NCBI GenBank assembly: GCA_905178155.1
Contig: CAJINV010000007.1
Span: 1,395,341 to 1,459,340 of the forward strand
DNA from: Amoebophrya sp. A120
Lineage: Eukaryota > Protista > Dinoflagellata
DNA length: 64,000 bases
Direction: 5' to 3'
Shown here: positions 36,174-49,077 of the stretch, piece after piece
Position numbering within the stretch: position 1 is the first letter of the stretch
Layout of the letters: each line of letters opens with the position of its first letter
Translations under genes and position numbers: made by a program
Notes under the pieces: generated by a model
Database searches by the model: none
Seen by the model: the letters and a program-made list of their open reading frames with translations, nothing else
Told to the model about the DNA's origin: nothing

Positions 36174-37554
36174 ATGGTCGAAACCAATCCCGGCACGCCA
36201 TCGTCTGCAGCGAAATCTATGAAGCTTTTCCGTGGTCTTTTTCGAGGTCAGCTGACAGTTCCACGCCCGACTCGAGCGCAGCTCGCTGCGAAAGAAACCG
36301 CAGTAGGGCCAGTTTTTCCGACTCCGGCGACAAAATCCTTTCCCTCCTCCCCGCGAACGGGCAACAGTAACACTCTTCATTTCACCCTTCAAGGCGGCCC
36401 ATACGACAGTGTGTGGCTGCGAATATGGAACATCAAAAACGCAGACGCGCGGGAAGGAGCCTGGCCGGCACTGTGGCAGCTCTTGCAGGAGATAGTAAAG
36501 AACGGTGGCGCGATTCCAAAAATCGTTGATCCGGCGAACAACATCGACCCCGGCGACGCGAAGTCTTTCGCAGGTGCCGCAGAAGTGCCCAGAATAGAGG
36601 CGCCCAAGGCGCTTGCGAGCAAGTGCTATCCGCTGTACGTTTGTCTCCAGGAGGATAGTTTGGAGGAGCTGGCGTTGCTGCACCCGTTGAAGAAGCATGG
36701 CTTTCGCTACCACCACGTGTGGCACAACCAAATGGATAGACCTGGTATAGGGCTTTGGCAATTTGGCATTCATTTTCTAGAGAATGAGGTGCTCGGATCA
36801 TGAGCACTGCCTGGCAGTTCTAATTTTTCTGTTTTAGTATCTGTTCGCGACCAACATGATTGAAGCCGAATAAAATCTTCGACCAGATACTCCTCCTGAT
36901 ACCACCACCCCAAATTCCGGCCCACCGGAAGACAAAACCGCCACGGAGTTCATATACTACAAGTGGATTGGCCGTGAGAAGGACCGGGTCCCGCCCTATA
37001 GCACGACACAGGGCGGGGTTGGCGTTCTGATTTTTAGCCCGGATTTGAGCAAGCTGCTGCTCGTGCACGAGTACGGCTGGTGGAAGCCCGTGACGGGGAT
37101 GGTCGGCTATAACGAGACAAAACTGGAGGCGGTGACCCGAGAGTGCTTCGAGGAGGTCGGTGTCCCGATCGACTTAGAAAAGGGAATGTATTTTCTCGGC
37201 GGCTGGCACTCCGGAGGCCAGTGGGACAGGGTGATCAATGATGAGTTTTCCACGTTTGCGGTCATTGCGAAAGCGGAGGAGATAAAGGTGGACGGGGAGG
37301 AGATCAAGGACGCGCGGTGGGTGGAGGTGGCAAAGATTCCGACGTCGGTTCCCGAGGCAGGAACAACCGAAGTCGGGTTTCGAAATTCGCAACCAGAAAT
37401 CCAGGTGGAGGGCTTGGGCAGGATAAACCCGATGCTGTGTCGCTGGTTGTGGAATTACAACAACAACAAGGGATTCCGTTGTCAATTGCAGGATGGTGCA
37501 GTCGGAGCCACGGACGGGCCGCCGGCGGCACCGAGATTGTATATGGGGTTATAG
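36174..37554 (+). CDS. Nudix hydrolase, NUDT6/AtNUDT2-7-like. Exons about 36174-36744 and 36887-37554; start uncertain
   Basis: Nudix box GMVGYNETKLEAVTRECFEEVGV, preceded by HGFRYHH and KW...VPPYSTTQGGVG as in NUDT6-type enzymes. GT-AG intron 36745-36886. Confidence 0.85.
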
Positions 37555-37839
37555 GCTTCCTGCGTGCTTGTCTGTGGTATCGAGATGAATTTTCGCTACT
37601 GCCGATAATTTGAGAATACAAGAAAAAGAAGACTCGCGCGCAGTAAAAGATGTTGAAGAGCTTGCGAATTGGCACCCTCTACCGACAGCGAAGCCGCCTA
37701 ATGGTTCGCTTCAAGTACTGGGCGTCGCAACTCCACCACGTGCGTTGTTCTGTGATGTAAATAGTTTCATTTGCACAAGTAGGGAGACGTTCTGCTCTTC
37801 GCGCGTTCAGGGTGTTGCGGTTTTTTCTCTAGCCGCCCA

Positions 37840-39010
37840 CTGATCTTGTGGGCGTCCGTCACTGCCGAGGTCCGTGCGCTTGGTCGCCGTTGCGCCCCGT
37901 TGCCGCAGTTGTGGCGGCCCCCGCCGGCACTGCGCGCCCCGAAGCCCCGCGCAGCCTTTAGATCCATCGCAGCGCTTTCGTCATGGCTTTCGTTCCGGGC
38001 GATTCCTGTATGAGCTCCGCCCCTGCGGCGGCTATCATGCTGAGCGAAAATCTGAAGAAAGGGCGTGGTGCCGTCGCCCGTGGTGGCATCAGCATGCAGG
38101 CCGGCGCGGGCGATGGTTCAAAGGCGCGGCCCCTAGTTTTAAACTGGCTGGCGGACGGGGCGCGGGGGGCACGCAGGGGCCCGGCGCCCGCTTGGCGCAT
38201 TTCGCGGCCGCCGGCGCCGGTCGCACGCGACGCGTGCGAGGGAGCGCGCGCGCCCGCGGGCTTCGGCGCGCTGGCCCTTCTAGTTCTATCCTGTTTACTT
38301 GAAGCGCCCGCGCCCCCTGTTAGCCCCGCAAGCGCAAGCACCGGGGCCCGCCGCGCCACGCCTCGGAGGGGAGCCGCGGCGCTTCGACAGTAATATTCTG
38401 CCACTTCGCGGATGACGGCAACGCCTGGGGCTTCAACTACGACCCGTCCTGTGAAGCCGTGTATCAGCTGACGCGCGGCGACATCACTCCCCCCCCCTTG
38501 CTGGGCGCCTTCCGAAGCCGGCCCGGGCGGGCGCCGGGGCGGCCAGTTCCTGCGGGAACGGCCGGGCCGGCGCCGGCCGGCGGACGGACCCAGGGGGGGC
38601 CGGCCGCTTTTTGTATCGGCGATAATCGCCGGCCCGCCCGCCCCCGCCCCCGCAGCGCGGCCGCCCGCCGCTTCGGTGGAAACATTCCGGTGGGCCGGCA
38701 GGCGGACGTGGCGGCCCTTCTTTGCGCGGCTTACCTATGGCCTTCGGCCCGGTCCTGAAGCACGGACGCGGCCGGGCGGGCCCGTTTCGTGCCTCGGGGT
38801 GGCGCGGCGCCACTCATTCTTCGTAAGGCGCCCACGCCAAATCCGTCGCCGCGGCCGGCGCCACGGAAGCCAGCGACGAGGGCGCCCGCGCGGGCCCAGT
38901 GATTTCAGCATTGTTGGCCTGCCGCCAGATGGCTCTTAGTCCCCCCTGCTCGGGGGGCAGTCTGACTTGGCGCGCCGCTGCGACACATACCGCTACCTGA
39001 GATCGGTGCG
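37840..39010. other. Very GC-rich, apparently non-coding intergenic block
   Basis: Sharp composition shift. Only Ala/Arg/Gly/Pro-rich spurious ORFs in all frames. Confidence 0.55.
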
Positions 39011-39418
39011 CCCTGCCCGATTGAATGTTTTCTGGGAGCCGTGCCTGATGCGTAAGAACTCGCTCTGCTTTTCAGTTGTTCTGTGGCGGGCACAAAAAAG
39101 TGCGCTGAGTTCTTTTCTTGTGTTTTGTCAGTCTAGATTCCTACCGCGCTTTGTCGGTAATTTGCGATCACATTTAATATTTGAGCATTGACCACATCCA
39201 CATCGCCGTGTATTTTACAGTTACCCTCTGCCTCTTGGTCAGCGGATGCGTCGTGTGGTGTTTCAAGCGTCACGCCTCTGATCTTTCTGCAAGCTTAGCC
39301 ACCGGCCCATGGAGGCGAAATAGATCCAGCGATCCCTCGTGCTACGGCCATCAAACACATTGCGCTGCAATGCCACTGACGGGTCGAGCTGTCGCAGCCG
39401 CCGTGAACAAAATCCAAG

Positions 39419-42284
39419 ATGCGGGTCGTCCTGGATAGGCGGGCCAATCCGTGCGCGAAAGCGATGCTGTGGCGTTGCGACAAGAGCCGGCCGCTTCGTG
39501 TAGCTTTGCTCGCCACCGCAGCTGGGACGCAACTCGCATTCCTCTTTCCGAGGCTAGCCAATGCTCAGGATCATGTCGGCGGCGCGCCACTCCCATCATC
39601 TGCAACGCTACCCGTCTCCGAGAATGGCGCCGTCGACGAGCCACTTGTTCCCTCAGACGACCCCGACCGCCTCCCGCCCGCGTCGAACAAGCTGCTGCAA
39701 TCCTACTACACCTTTGGCGCCGACCGCTTCGCCTGCGACGGCCAGTGCATGTACTGCTCCAGCTCCCACGCGCACGCCCGGTGGTCCCGCATTCGGGAGG
39801 TTTTAACCACGTACAAGGAACGGCACGACCGCGCCGTCGCAACCCACGACTACAGCTTCGCCCAAGCCTGGCACTTTGAGTTGCAGGAGCTACTCGACTG
39901 GTCGTGGGACCGACACAAGTTCGAGTGCATCCCGGGGATCATCAACTTGCGGCTCGCTTCCTACGGCTACACATCTCTGCAGCAGTTTACCGAGCCGACC
40001 GACGACGTGATGGACTGGCTGATTCAGTTCAACGCCCACACAGGCGCGTTGGATTTGCTGCAGTCCGCGTGGCCCCAACTGCTGCAAGGCGGGTGGCCGA
40101 TCTTCATGCTGTTGGACGAGGTGAGCCGGAAAATCCGCGGGTTTTTGAATCCCAAGGACGAACAGGAGAAGGAAAAAGCGGCGGAAAGTTACCCCAAATT
40201 GTGGCGGAAGTCGTTCTGCGACGCCGAGGACGCGGGGACGCCCTTTGTCGAGGAGTACTGGTCTCTGCTGAGAAACCTGCTCGACCGGGGCACGAACTTA
40301 GAATTAGGGCACCACATGGGGTTGGTCCTGAAAAGACCCAAGTGCGACGTTGGGTTGGCCACGGCCCTGCTCGGGGTGGCGTCGGAGTTGATCAACCAGC
40401 ACGAGATCTACATGAGCAGCATGGAGGAACTGCACAACGTAATTTTTGTCCTCGTCACCGCGGCGCAAGACTCCGTGATCTCCTACACGAAGAAGGATAG
40501 GTCGGACATCTCGCTGTGGTTCGACCTGCTCTTGACCAAATGGCCGATCTGGAAGATGCTGGACCGGCTGAGCTGCAAGTCCAGCAGCCAGACCTGCGTG
40601 GTGAGGTCGGAAGTCAGGTGCTACAGCCCGAAAACGAGGAGCTATCTGGATTGTCACAGCGTGTACGACAGACCGTCGTGGAAGCCGAACTACGCTTTGT
40701 GTGGGGAGCATGACGTACTACCGTGATTGATGTTCTTCATCTCGTCGTGAGTTCTGATGTAGTTGAAAGAACGTTTCGTTCTTTTATGCCAGTAGTTCGT
40801 GTACTGGTAGGAGCAAGTGCAATCCTGATCCTGTATGAGAAAGTACTGCGAAAGAAAAATCAAGCGACTTCTTTATGTCTTCAAATTTCTCAGACGTGCA
40901 CCCTTCTGAACGGAACCAACAACCTGAATTTCTCCTACTACGACACGGTGTCCTGCGTCGACTGGCGGCAACCGCGCGTCGGACACGAGTTCAAGCCGTT
41001 TCTGAGAAAACTCACGCACGACGACGAGCTGAGGGTATGTTCCCAGTGCGGCCAGGACGGGGTCCTCCGGACGATTTTCAAGAACATCCGGTTTACGAAA
41101 ACCCCGGTGGTAGAGAGGGACTTGCTCTTCGAATTGCTGAAGAACGTGACAGTTTCCTTGAACGAGTCTGCGGCCGCGGAGGTGTTATCAACAGGTGTGA
41201 ACTACAATCCGTATCCGACCCAAGGGTTGCAAATCAGCGGGTTGAACGGCACGACATCGCCAACACCCGCCAAGGGCCGCGCGGCCGTCCAGAACGGAGA
41301 GCAGCAGGACACACGACTCTCCTCCACCTCCAAAACAGACGACACCACCCCGAAAATGCTGTCTTCCCTGGAAGCCCCGCAAACTTCGATTTTTGGCGAG
41401 GAGGAAGACCAGCTCCAGTCCGTCGCGACGGAGCTGCTCACCGCGGAAAACCACATTTACGAGCAGCCCTTCTTCATCGAATTCGGCGCCCGGAAACCGC
41501 ACATGCTCAATTCCGCTTGGCTGCGGGAGCACTGCGGGTGGAAAGGACTGCTGATGGATTTCCAGCCTGGGGGCACAAAACACGGAGGGTGCGGGGAGGG
41601 CTGTGTCGGCAAGGACTTAGTGGAAAACGAGTTTATCACGGCGGAAAACGTAAATGACGTGTTTCGGAAGTATAGGGTTCCGCGGGAACCAGACCTGCTC
41701 ACGATCGGTATTGACAAAGTCACATGCTCGTCGTATTTTAGTTTTGCCCTAGGTGATGATGAATCCGTTTTGGAATTCAATCCTTGTTGCGTTTAGGTGA
41801 TGATGAATCCGTTTTGTCTGGTGAAGTTCAATTTTGTGACCGCATAAAAAAACTAGAACTTCTTCACATGTTACATCCAAAACCAATAGACATCGACTTC
41901 AACGATTATTGGGTCTGGAAAGCGATTCTGGAGAAGAAAGAATTCTTCCCGCGCGTCGTGGCCGTGGACTACAACGCAGATTTAGATTTGGAGGACACCA
42001 AAGCCGTGTACTACGACGCCAAGGGTGAGTGGGACGGAACCAGGTACACCACCGCGAGTCTGCACGCCTACTATTTGCTCGCGCAAAAGCACGGCTACGA
42101 GTACGCGTACAATTTGGAAATGGGGAGTCACGCCTTTTTCATCCGAAGGGACCTGTTACACGAAAGTGACCACAACCTCCCCATCCGTGCAGTGCGGAAA
42201 CTCAGTCACAAGGCCGACTACTCGAAGAGGCCGTTTCTAGATACGCTGTTTTCCAGTATCGGAAATGGGCGGCTGAACAAGTAA
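39419..42284 (+). CDS. Secreted or membrane-anchored protein with a C-terminal FkbM-like SAM methyltransferase domain. Exons about 39419-40714, 40894-41707, 41890-42284
   Basis: Motifs SQCGQDGVL, FIEFGA, GWKGLLMD, FITAENV, DLLTIDIDFNDYWVW, PRVVAVDYN and HAFFIR. N-terminal hydrophobic segment. Two GT-AG introns join in frame. Confidence 0.75.
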
Positions 42285-43006
42285 AGAATGAACGTCGGTC
42301 GCCTTGCTAGAGAAGAGCTGCACGACCACGAGTTTTCCAGTTTACGGGATTTTTTACCTAGCGAAGAGTCATCGTTTTTTTACGCAGAATTTGTCTAGTA
42401 CTAGAGCTGCATCTATTGATTTGCAGTGCCGCGGCCGCCGATATTTTTGAGAATAAAGATTCAGCTCAGGAAATAGAAAAGATTCAAAGCAGATCGCAGT
42501 TTGTTTGTGTGAGTTTGTCCATCGAAGATGCACGAGAACGCGTTGGACCAAAGTTAGTATGTTTCTGATTTTCGTTCAATGATGGATTTAGATGATGTGG
42601 CCAGCAAATGTGCTTCCCTGTTCTCTCGTGGCGCTACTCCGACGCCTTTTATGGTATTCAGTTCTTGTTCTCTGTGTTTGTCCTAAACCCGAGCGGCGGC
42701 ATGTTCTTCTCTGCGATCATCCGGCGTGCGCCGTGTTTTCGCAAATCCAAGATTTTCAAAACGGTATTTTTGGTTTCTTCTTCATCTTGTCGTTCGTGTG
42801 TATAAGTAGCGACAACAGATGATGCGCCGTGGTCAAAAGTAGGTGTAAACTTCTGAAAGATAGATGTTTCCAAGCGACTCTACTCTCTCTACGCTGCACT
42901 CTGCCAGCCTGTTTTGAAGTGTAAAAAAATACCGCTGAGCTACTTTCAAGGATCAAGTTGACTTACTTACTTCTTGCCGTGGTCCTAAAACGCAACAGAA
43001 AACAAG

Positions 43007-46000
43007 ATGTCTTCGTCCTCCTCCTGGAATCCGCCTACGCGGCTGCGTAGCACCCAGAAGATGTACAGTCTGGGCGTGCCAAGAACTACCTGCGAGAATA
43101 CTGTGGCTGGGTCGCGAACGATCATCCTCGACAATAAGGGGAAGCCCGTGAATAAAATTCTCGACACTTCTTCTTCTTCTCCTGCTGGTCCACCTTTTCC
43201 GAATGGTGCAGGAGGTTCGTCAAGTACCACCAGACTGCAAGTGCCATCGCCTGGGAAACAAGCTGGAGGGTCGTCCTCGACGGCGCGTGGGTCGTCGTCC
43301 CCGAACGGAAATTACCCAGGAAAAACAGTGTCACAGTTTTTTTTACTATGTTGTTCGTTCGTTCCACCAGCACGGCGACAAGCTACTTTCTCTGCCAGAA
43401 GTGAGGGGAGAACGTGCAATGCAGAGATCATAAGGTTGAAAAACGCGGACAAAAAGAAAAAACCTGCTACAGAGCTTGTCTGTTTTGCTTGTGCGACACA
43501 GTGTGTAAAGAACTGTGACACAACTGTCTTACTTTCCATAGCAAGGTAGCATCTTCCGGTACTCGCACATCCGCATCGCCGAATAGTACAAGAGGACCAC
43601 TAGCACAACAACGGAGCAGCTTCAGATCACCCAATGGCAAGACAAGTTCTTCATCATCATCTTCGTCTTTCCTGGGAAACAGTCGAAACTCGCCGAACCG
43701 GAACCTATCGAACCCGCCGCGCTCACCCGGAGAAGGCTCGGTCAGGGAGGGGAAGATAAAGGGCAGCACGGCGAGAGTAGCAGACCGGATACAGGCCTTT
43801 GAGAAAACGAGGTGGAACAGCAGCACGAGGGTCGGGGTTGGAGGTACTAGAACGTTGCGTACGATAAAATTCTTGCGATTGTTCATTTATTGCTCGCGTT
43901 CTTTGCGTTTCTTGCAACCTTCGTATACTAGGGAATAGAATTTCGTTTGTACACTAGTACGGAGTCATACATGCACTTCCCGGGCTGCCCTCGTCGAATC
44001 CGAAATTCGGGGAGAATCGTCGTGTTTAATCTCTCTAACCAACTACAGGAGCCCGCGGCGCCACGCCCGGCGCGAGCGCGTCCTCGTCTTCCACTGCATC
44101 GCCTAAACCAGCAGCGGCGGTAGAGCAGAGTAAAGACCAACATCGGAGCGTCTCCAGGTCGCTTCGCAGCTGTAAACAGGAGGCGTCGATGACGGTTTCT
44201 TCCTTTCTCCAGCCGCCGAAATCCCCCGCCTTGTTGCAAAAGCCGAATGCGACGTCGAGGAATGCGAGTATGTCCAGCTCTTCGAGGCAACCGCTGAAGG
44301 AAAGATGGCCGCCGTCGGCCACAACGTCGCAGCACAGTGGAATGAAACTGAGGTCGCCAACGCCGTCTGCAGCGTCTGCGAATAAAGCACAGCAGCTCAC
44401 AGCCAGTCGCTTGTCTCCGCAGCCCTCGCACAGAACCGTCTCGCCCACCCCAGCGTCCTCGTCGTCCAGGTTGCATCAGACCACGGCCGCAGCCGCAAAC
44501 AAGGTGTCGCCGAGAGGAGGTGCAGCAGCAGGAGGAGTTTATTCAGTAACTTCTACAGGTCCCCGTGCGCCCCCGGGGGCTTCCTCGAGAAGCACGTTGA
44601 GCGCAAGTTCGTTGTCGTCCACCACAGCAAAAAATAACGTGACAACTCCCCGACTCGTCGCAACTGGTGCGTCGACGGCGAGCGCAAAGCGCATGAATCT
44701 GGGCGACCACCGGGTTTTCGAGCCGCCAGCGAGACCGGTGTTGGCATCGTCGTCGTCCACCTCGCGGATGTTGAGCACGTCGAGGACATCAGACCTGCTG
44801 CAAACAAGCAAATCCCCTGGTCTCACTGCCTCTCCGGCCTCCTCCACGACAACGAGTAGAGACAAGTGGGTTTCTCCGCGGCTGAAGAAACAGCAGCACG
44901 AGCCAGGCCTCGTGAAAAGGTGCATTGAGAAACTCACGCAGCGGCAAACGCCGAGTCCCACGGGGAGGGCTCCTTTACTGACGCCGAGGCAGGAAGATCC
45001 GTTGACAACTTCCACAGCGAGCTCCAGACTTGTTGTGTCTCCCACCGCGGCACCAGCGCGGGGGAGTCAAGAGAAGAGCAAAAATACTCTCACTCTTCCC
45101 TCACCGCCGAACAGGGCACCCTCTGCACGGAATATTGACAGTTCCGCAGAAGTTCTGATTTCGGCACGATCTTCTTCTGGAAGTACTACTGCAGGAGCCG
45201 CGGCCCACATTTTCGGCAACGCGAAGCAGAGCCCGCGGGAGAGCACGGCGAGCCGCGGGAGCGTGAAAATCAGCTGTGGAGCTGCGAGTCGATCAAGCAG
45301 TAAGAACTCTGTTGCTAGTCACGCGAGCAGTTCGCGTACCTCTTCGTCTCGAGTAGTAAGGGAAAACAAAACGCCAGGCGCTTCTGCTCCCTCCGCTGAT
45401 TCTGTCGAGATGACCACGACAACTCCGACCTCCGAGAAGAAGGACAGCGCCATTCTGGCCGCGTTGCGGAATCTCCGCCCGATTTCCCAAGCCTCCACAT
45501 CCGTGTCCACTGCAGGGTCGAATTCCGTCAGTGCAGGTAGCTGCAGTACCACCTCCCGGGGAGGATCATCTAGTAGCGCTGGACGACGAGGGCCGGAGTT
45601 TCATACTTCCTCTACTAGTTGTAATTCGACGGTAGAACTACAGGATCAGGAGCAACTTCTGCACAGCCGCGACCAACATGATCCCAGGACCACGGAGCAG
45701 CATTCCATGGTCCTAGTGCCCGCAAACAACCTGTCCTCACCGTTGATCGGAAAAAACCTGCTGCGAGGAAGCGACTTCTCCGTTTCCTCAGTCACATCCA
45801 ACGACCCTTGCTCATCAAATAGCGCGGCCGTCGTGAGCTTCGGCTTTGACCACAGCAGGACAAAGATTGACACCCACCACTTGAGGAGCTCTAATAATGG
45901 TTCATCACTCTTGTCCCCGCCGCCGGCCGCGGCCGCGGACCGGAAGAGCCGGAGCAGCGGAAAGTCGGGCCGCAGTAGTCGGAACTCTTCGTCGCTCTTG

Positions 46001-46737
46001 ACTTCGAGGAGCTCTGGGACCTCGAGGTCCAGCAGGACCAGCAGCTACTCCAGCAGTTGTTCCGGCTCGTCGTCTCGGGGCAGCACGCCCTCGAGAAGAA
46101 GGAGCGCCAGTGTGAGAGAGAGGTATATTATAGGATCCAGATTGAGACTCGTCGTCACGGCCTGTCGTTTGGAGGATCCTACTACTTTTTGGCAAAAAGT
46201 TAATAGATATCCAAAAGAATTATGCTCACCAAAAATCAAATCTGCAGCCCGTCCTCTTCCTCCAAAGTGGCGCATTCCCCGCACCGTGAACGCGACGCCC
46301 AGCAGCAAATTGTAACTTCCAGCAGCAAGAAAGACCATCGTCGCCGTTCCTCCACCGCATCGTCCTCCATGTCCTTTGACCCCTGGGACGGGTTTCCGCT
46401 GTACGAAGATATGATCCGCCGCTCCGTTTACGATCTCGGGTTCGATCCGGCACTGTCCAACGTGGAAACCCGCCCGACCGAACAGGTGCGGTCGAAAGAA
46501 GGGGCGAAGGCGGACGCGCAGCTGGAGGACGTGCGGAAAATGCTGTCTGGTGGCTCGTCCGCGGGTGGGCAGATAGGGAACAACAGTGGGAACGGTGGAG
46601 GCGGGGGTCGGGCGAGTAAAGGGTCGTGCAAGAATTATAAAGATGGCACCAACAGTACGCAAATCATGGACAGCTTCTGGGCGGACGGGTTTGGGGACGG
46701 GATAGGAAATGCGACCGCGGTGTCCTTCGGGTTTTAG
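43007..46737 (+). CDS. Large Ser/Thr/Pro-rich, low-complexity hypothetical protein (about 4 exons)
   Basis: GT-AG introns at about 43859-44048 and 46123-46247 join the frames. The first intron (about 43313-43545) has unresolved boundaries. Confidence 0.6.
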
Positions 46738-47379
46738 GGTGGAATTACGGTAGTGGAGACTGTCAGGGAGATACTGCTCTGTTGAGGACTTCAGATACTT
46801 AGCTTCACAATTTTCACATTTATTGCAACTTGACTAACACAGCCCGATTCTGCCGCATTTGAAAAGAGACTTTTTTCCGCATGGTTCATCTACTTTCTGA
46901 ACCAAAGACAACCTGTTCTAGCCGCAACGATAGAAATAGCAAGTCTTGAGCTTTAAGACCAGCCGCACACTACTGATTTGAAGACTTTTTGTAGGAAGAA
47001 CTGGCGAAGAAGAAGGTGTTGAAGTAGACTTCAAGCTTTCGCTTGCTATCAGAAATGAACATTGCGTGTGGAGCAGCTGGCAGCTGAAGTTTGTTGCAGC
47101 CACAAATGTACACAAAAAAGGATTTGAGATGGGGCAAGTCTGCCTATGCTGGTTTCCGTTGAGGGCAAAACTGCTGCGCACTGTTTTGGTGATGAAGCTG
47201 CTAAACCTGTGGCAAGAAGAACAGCCGACGCCACAGATGGCTGTTGTGTTTGACAAAGCCTACGGCTAAAAAGTTTTGTGTTCGTCGAAATATGCGTGTC
47301 GGGTGATTTTGCGGGCGCACTTCTTGGTCGAAGCGCAAGAGGAGAGCAGCGACAATTTTGGCTCTGTTTATCACTTTAT

Positions 47380-48560
47380 GGCGCGACTCAGTGTAGAGCG
47401 CTCGTCGCCACGTTGTTCGGCACGATTCCGCTGGGGGCGGCGCGGCTTTCGTGGCTGGGGGCCATGATCGGCGTCGCGAACTACGCGACGTGGCAACTGG
47501 CGGAATTAGCGAGATGCGCGAGAGGGGCCATGACTAATCTCCGGCGCGCGCGGGCTCCCAGTCAGCGCGCTGCTAGCGGGGAACCTGAGGCAGTAGCCCT
47601 GCAAGGGCCAGCAGAGGGCGGGCGCGCGCGCCAATTTGGAGGGCCCCCCTTGGCCACCCGCTACCGGCCAGCCAACGGCAGGGCGCGAAAGCAATTCGGG
47701 GGCGGGGGCCCTGGCAGTCAGTGGGCAACCGGAAAAAGCGGCGTGGCGATGCGCCGCAGGGTCCCGGGACATGTCTGCAGCGCGGTGGGGCTGGCTCGTC
47801 TAGCGGTCTGCCCGACGGCAGCCAGGTCGGTCCCTGCCGAAGCGCCTTCAGAATGTTCAGGGGGGTGGGCCCCAGCAGGGAGGGGGCGGGGCCGCGCGCC
47901 TGCATGTGTGCCGGCCTTCCCAGACCCTGCCAAGCACCTCCCTCGGCCGGCGAGTAAGTTCTGGCGGTGGCAAGGGGCGTGCTTCGGCCGCGCGGCTTTT
48001 CCTGCCGGGGCCGCGTTTTGCGGGACCCCGCGCCCTTGCCTACTGTTGCGACCGCCTTCGGGCGATACCTGCGGCGCCCCGCCCCTTCCGGCGTTGGCCT
48101 TTAGCACCAGCCCGGCCGGGCGGTCGGTGGCTCTCATTCATTTAGCGAGCCCCCTGCCCCCCGCGTTGGGCCCGTGCGACCGCCCCCCCCCCGGGCCGGC
48201 CCCCGGCTTGTTTCCTTCATTCGGGGACCCCGTGCCCTTCCCATATCATGGCGCATGCTCGGCCTTCCTTGCCACCCCGGACGGTTGTGTGGTTTGTTAG
48301 GCAGCCGGGGGCCGCGCCGCGCCGGCCCGCTCTGTTCCTTCTTGCGTAGGGCGGCCGCGGCGGCGCCACCGCCTCCATAGGGCCCGGGATCTCGTGCAAT
48401 TGGGTTGCGCGTCCGCAGTGTGGCACCTAAATCCAATACACCGGCGCCTCTGGCCTGCTCATCGATCGCATGAAATAAACAGCAAGCCGGCGACTCCCTC
48501 CGGGACGAGGAGAGGTGACCCTGCCGGCACGGTAGCGGACAACAGCTAGCCCGGCGAAGA
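47380..48560. other. Very GC-rich, apparently non-coding intergenic block
   Basis: Composition shift like that at 37840-39010. No credible ORF. Confidence 0.55.
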
Positions 48561-49077
48561 GCTGTGAATTTGATCAATGTGTTCGGCGTATTGATTCATT
48601 AGGCCCAAGTCAATGCATGCATATGTGAAGAAGTGCCAGAAGCAGAACTGGATGTGATGAGATGGGAAAAAGGTGAGCATGCAAAACTGATGTTGCTAGT
48701 GCTTTAATATGTAAAGGCAAAGTTGTATGAAAAGCAAACTGATGCCGCCTATTGGTTCTGCTCGTGGGCAACCATGACGCTGCGTGGCTGAACTTGGTGC
48801 GTGTGCGTTGGGTCTTTCCCGTTTGAAGACTTTTTTCATGTCATCCCTTGCCTACTTTTTGCCTTTTGTTTGTCCTGGGCCTGGTCTCAAGTCGTCTTGT
48901 ACCAACTAGATGTAAAAACTGCGCAATACCCCACGCAGGTGCAGGGGTGATGATGATGATGATGATGAAAAAGCCAGAATGAGAAAGCTTTGTAAAGTCT
49001 TGCGAATTGTCTTCAACTTCGTACCCACGGACAAGTCTATGATTGCAATTTTAGCCGTGAACGCGTTTACCGAACCA

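Noticed and set aside
41750-41816. 23-bp direct duplication TAGGTGATGATGAATCCGTTTTG, with a box C-like TGATGA
   Set aside because: It is a local duplication inside a canonical intron. No matching box D or terminal stem supports a snoRNA call.
43313-43545. Possible eleventh introner (GTGTCACAGTT/AACTGTGACAC inverted repeat, ending ATA)
   Set aside because: I could not define a convincing 5-bp direct repeat or a unique frame-restoring boundary, so it is left uncalled.
47278-48300. 340-aa ORF in a GC-rich block
   Set aside because: Its Pro/Ala/Gly/Arg composition is that expected by chance in high-GC DNA and is unlike neighbouring genes.
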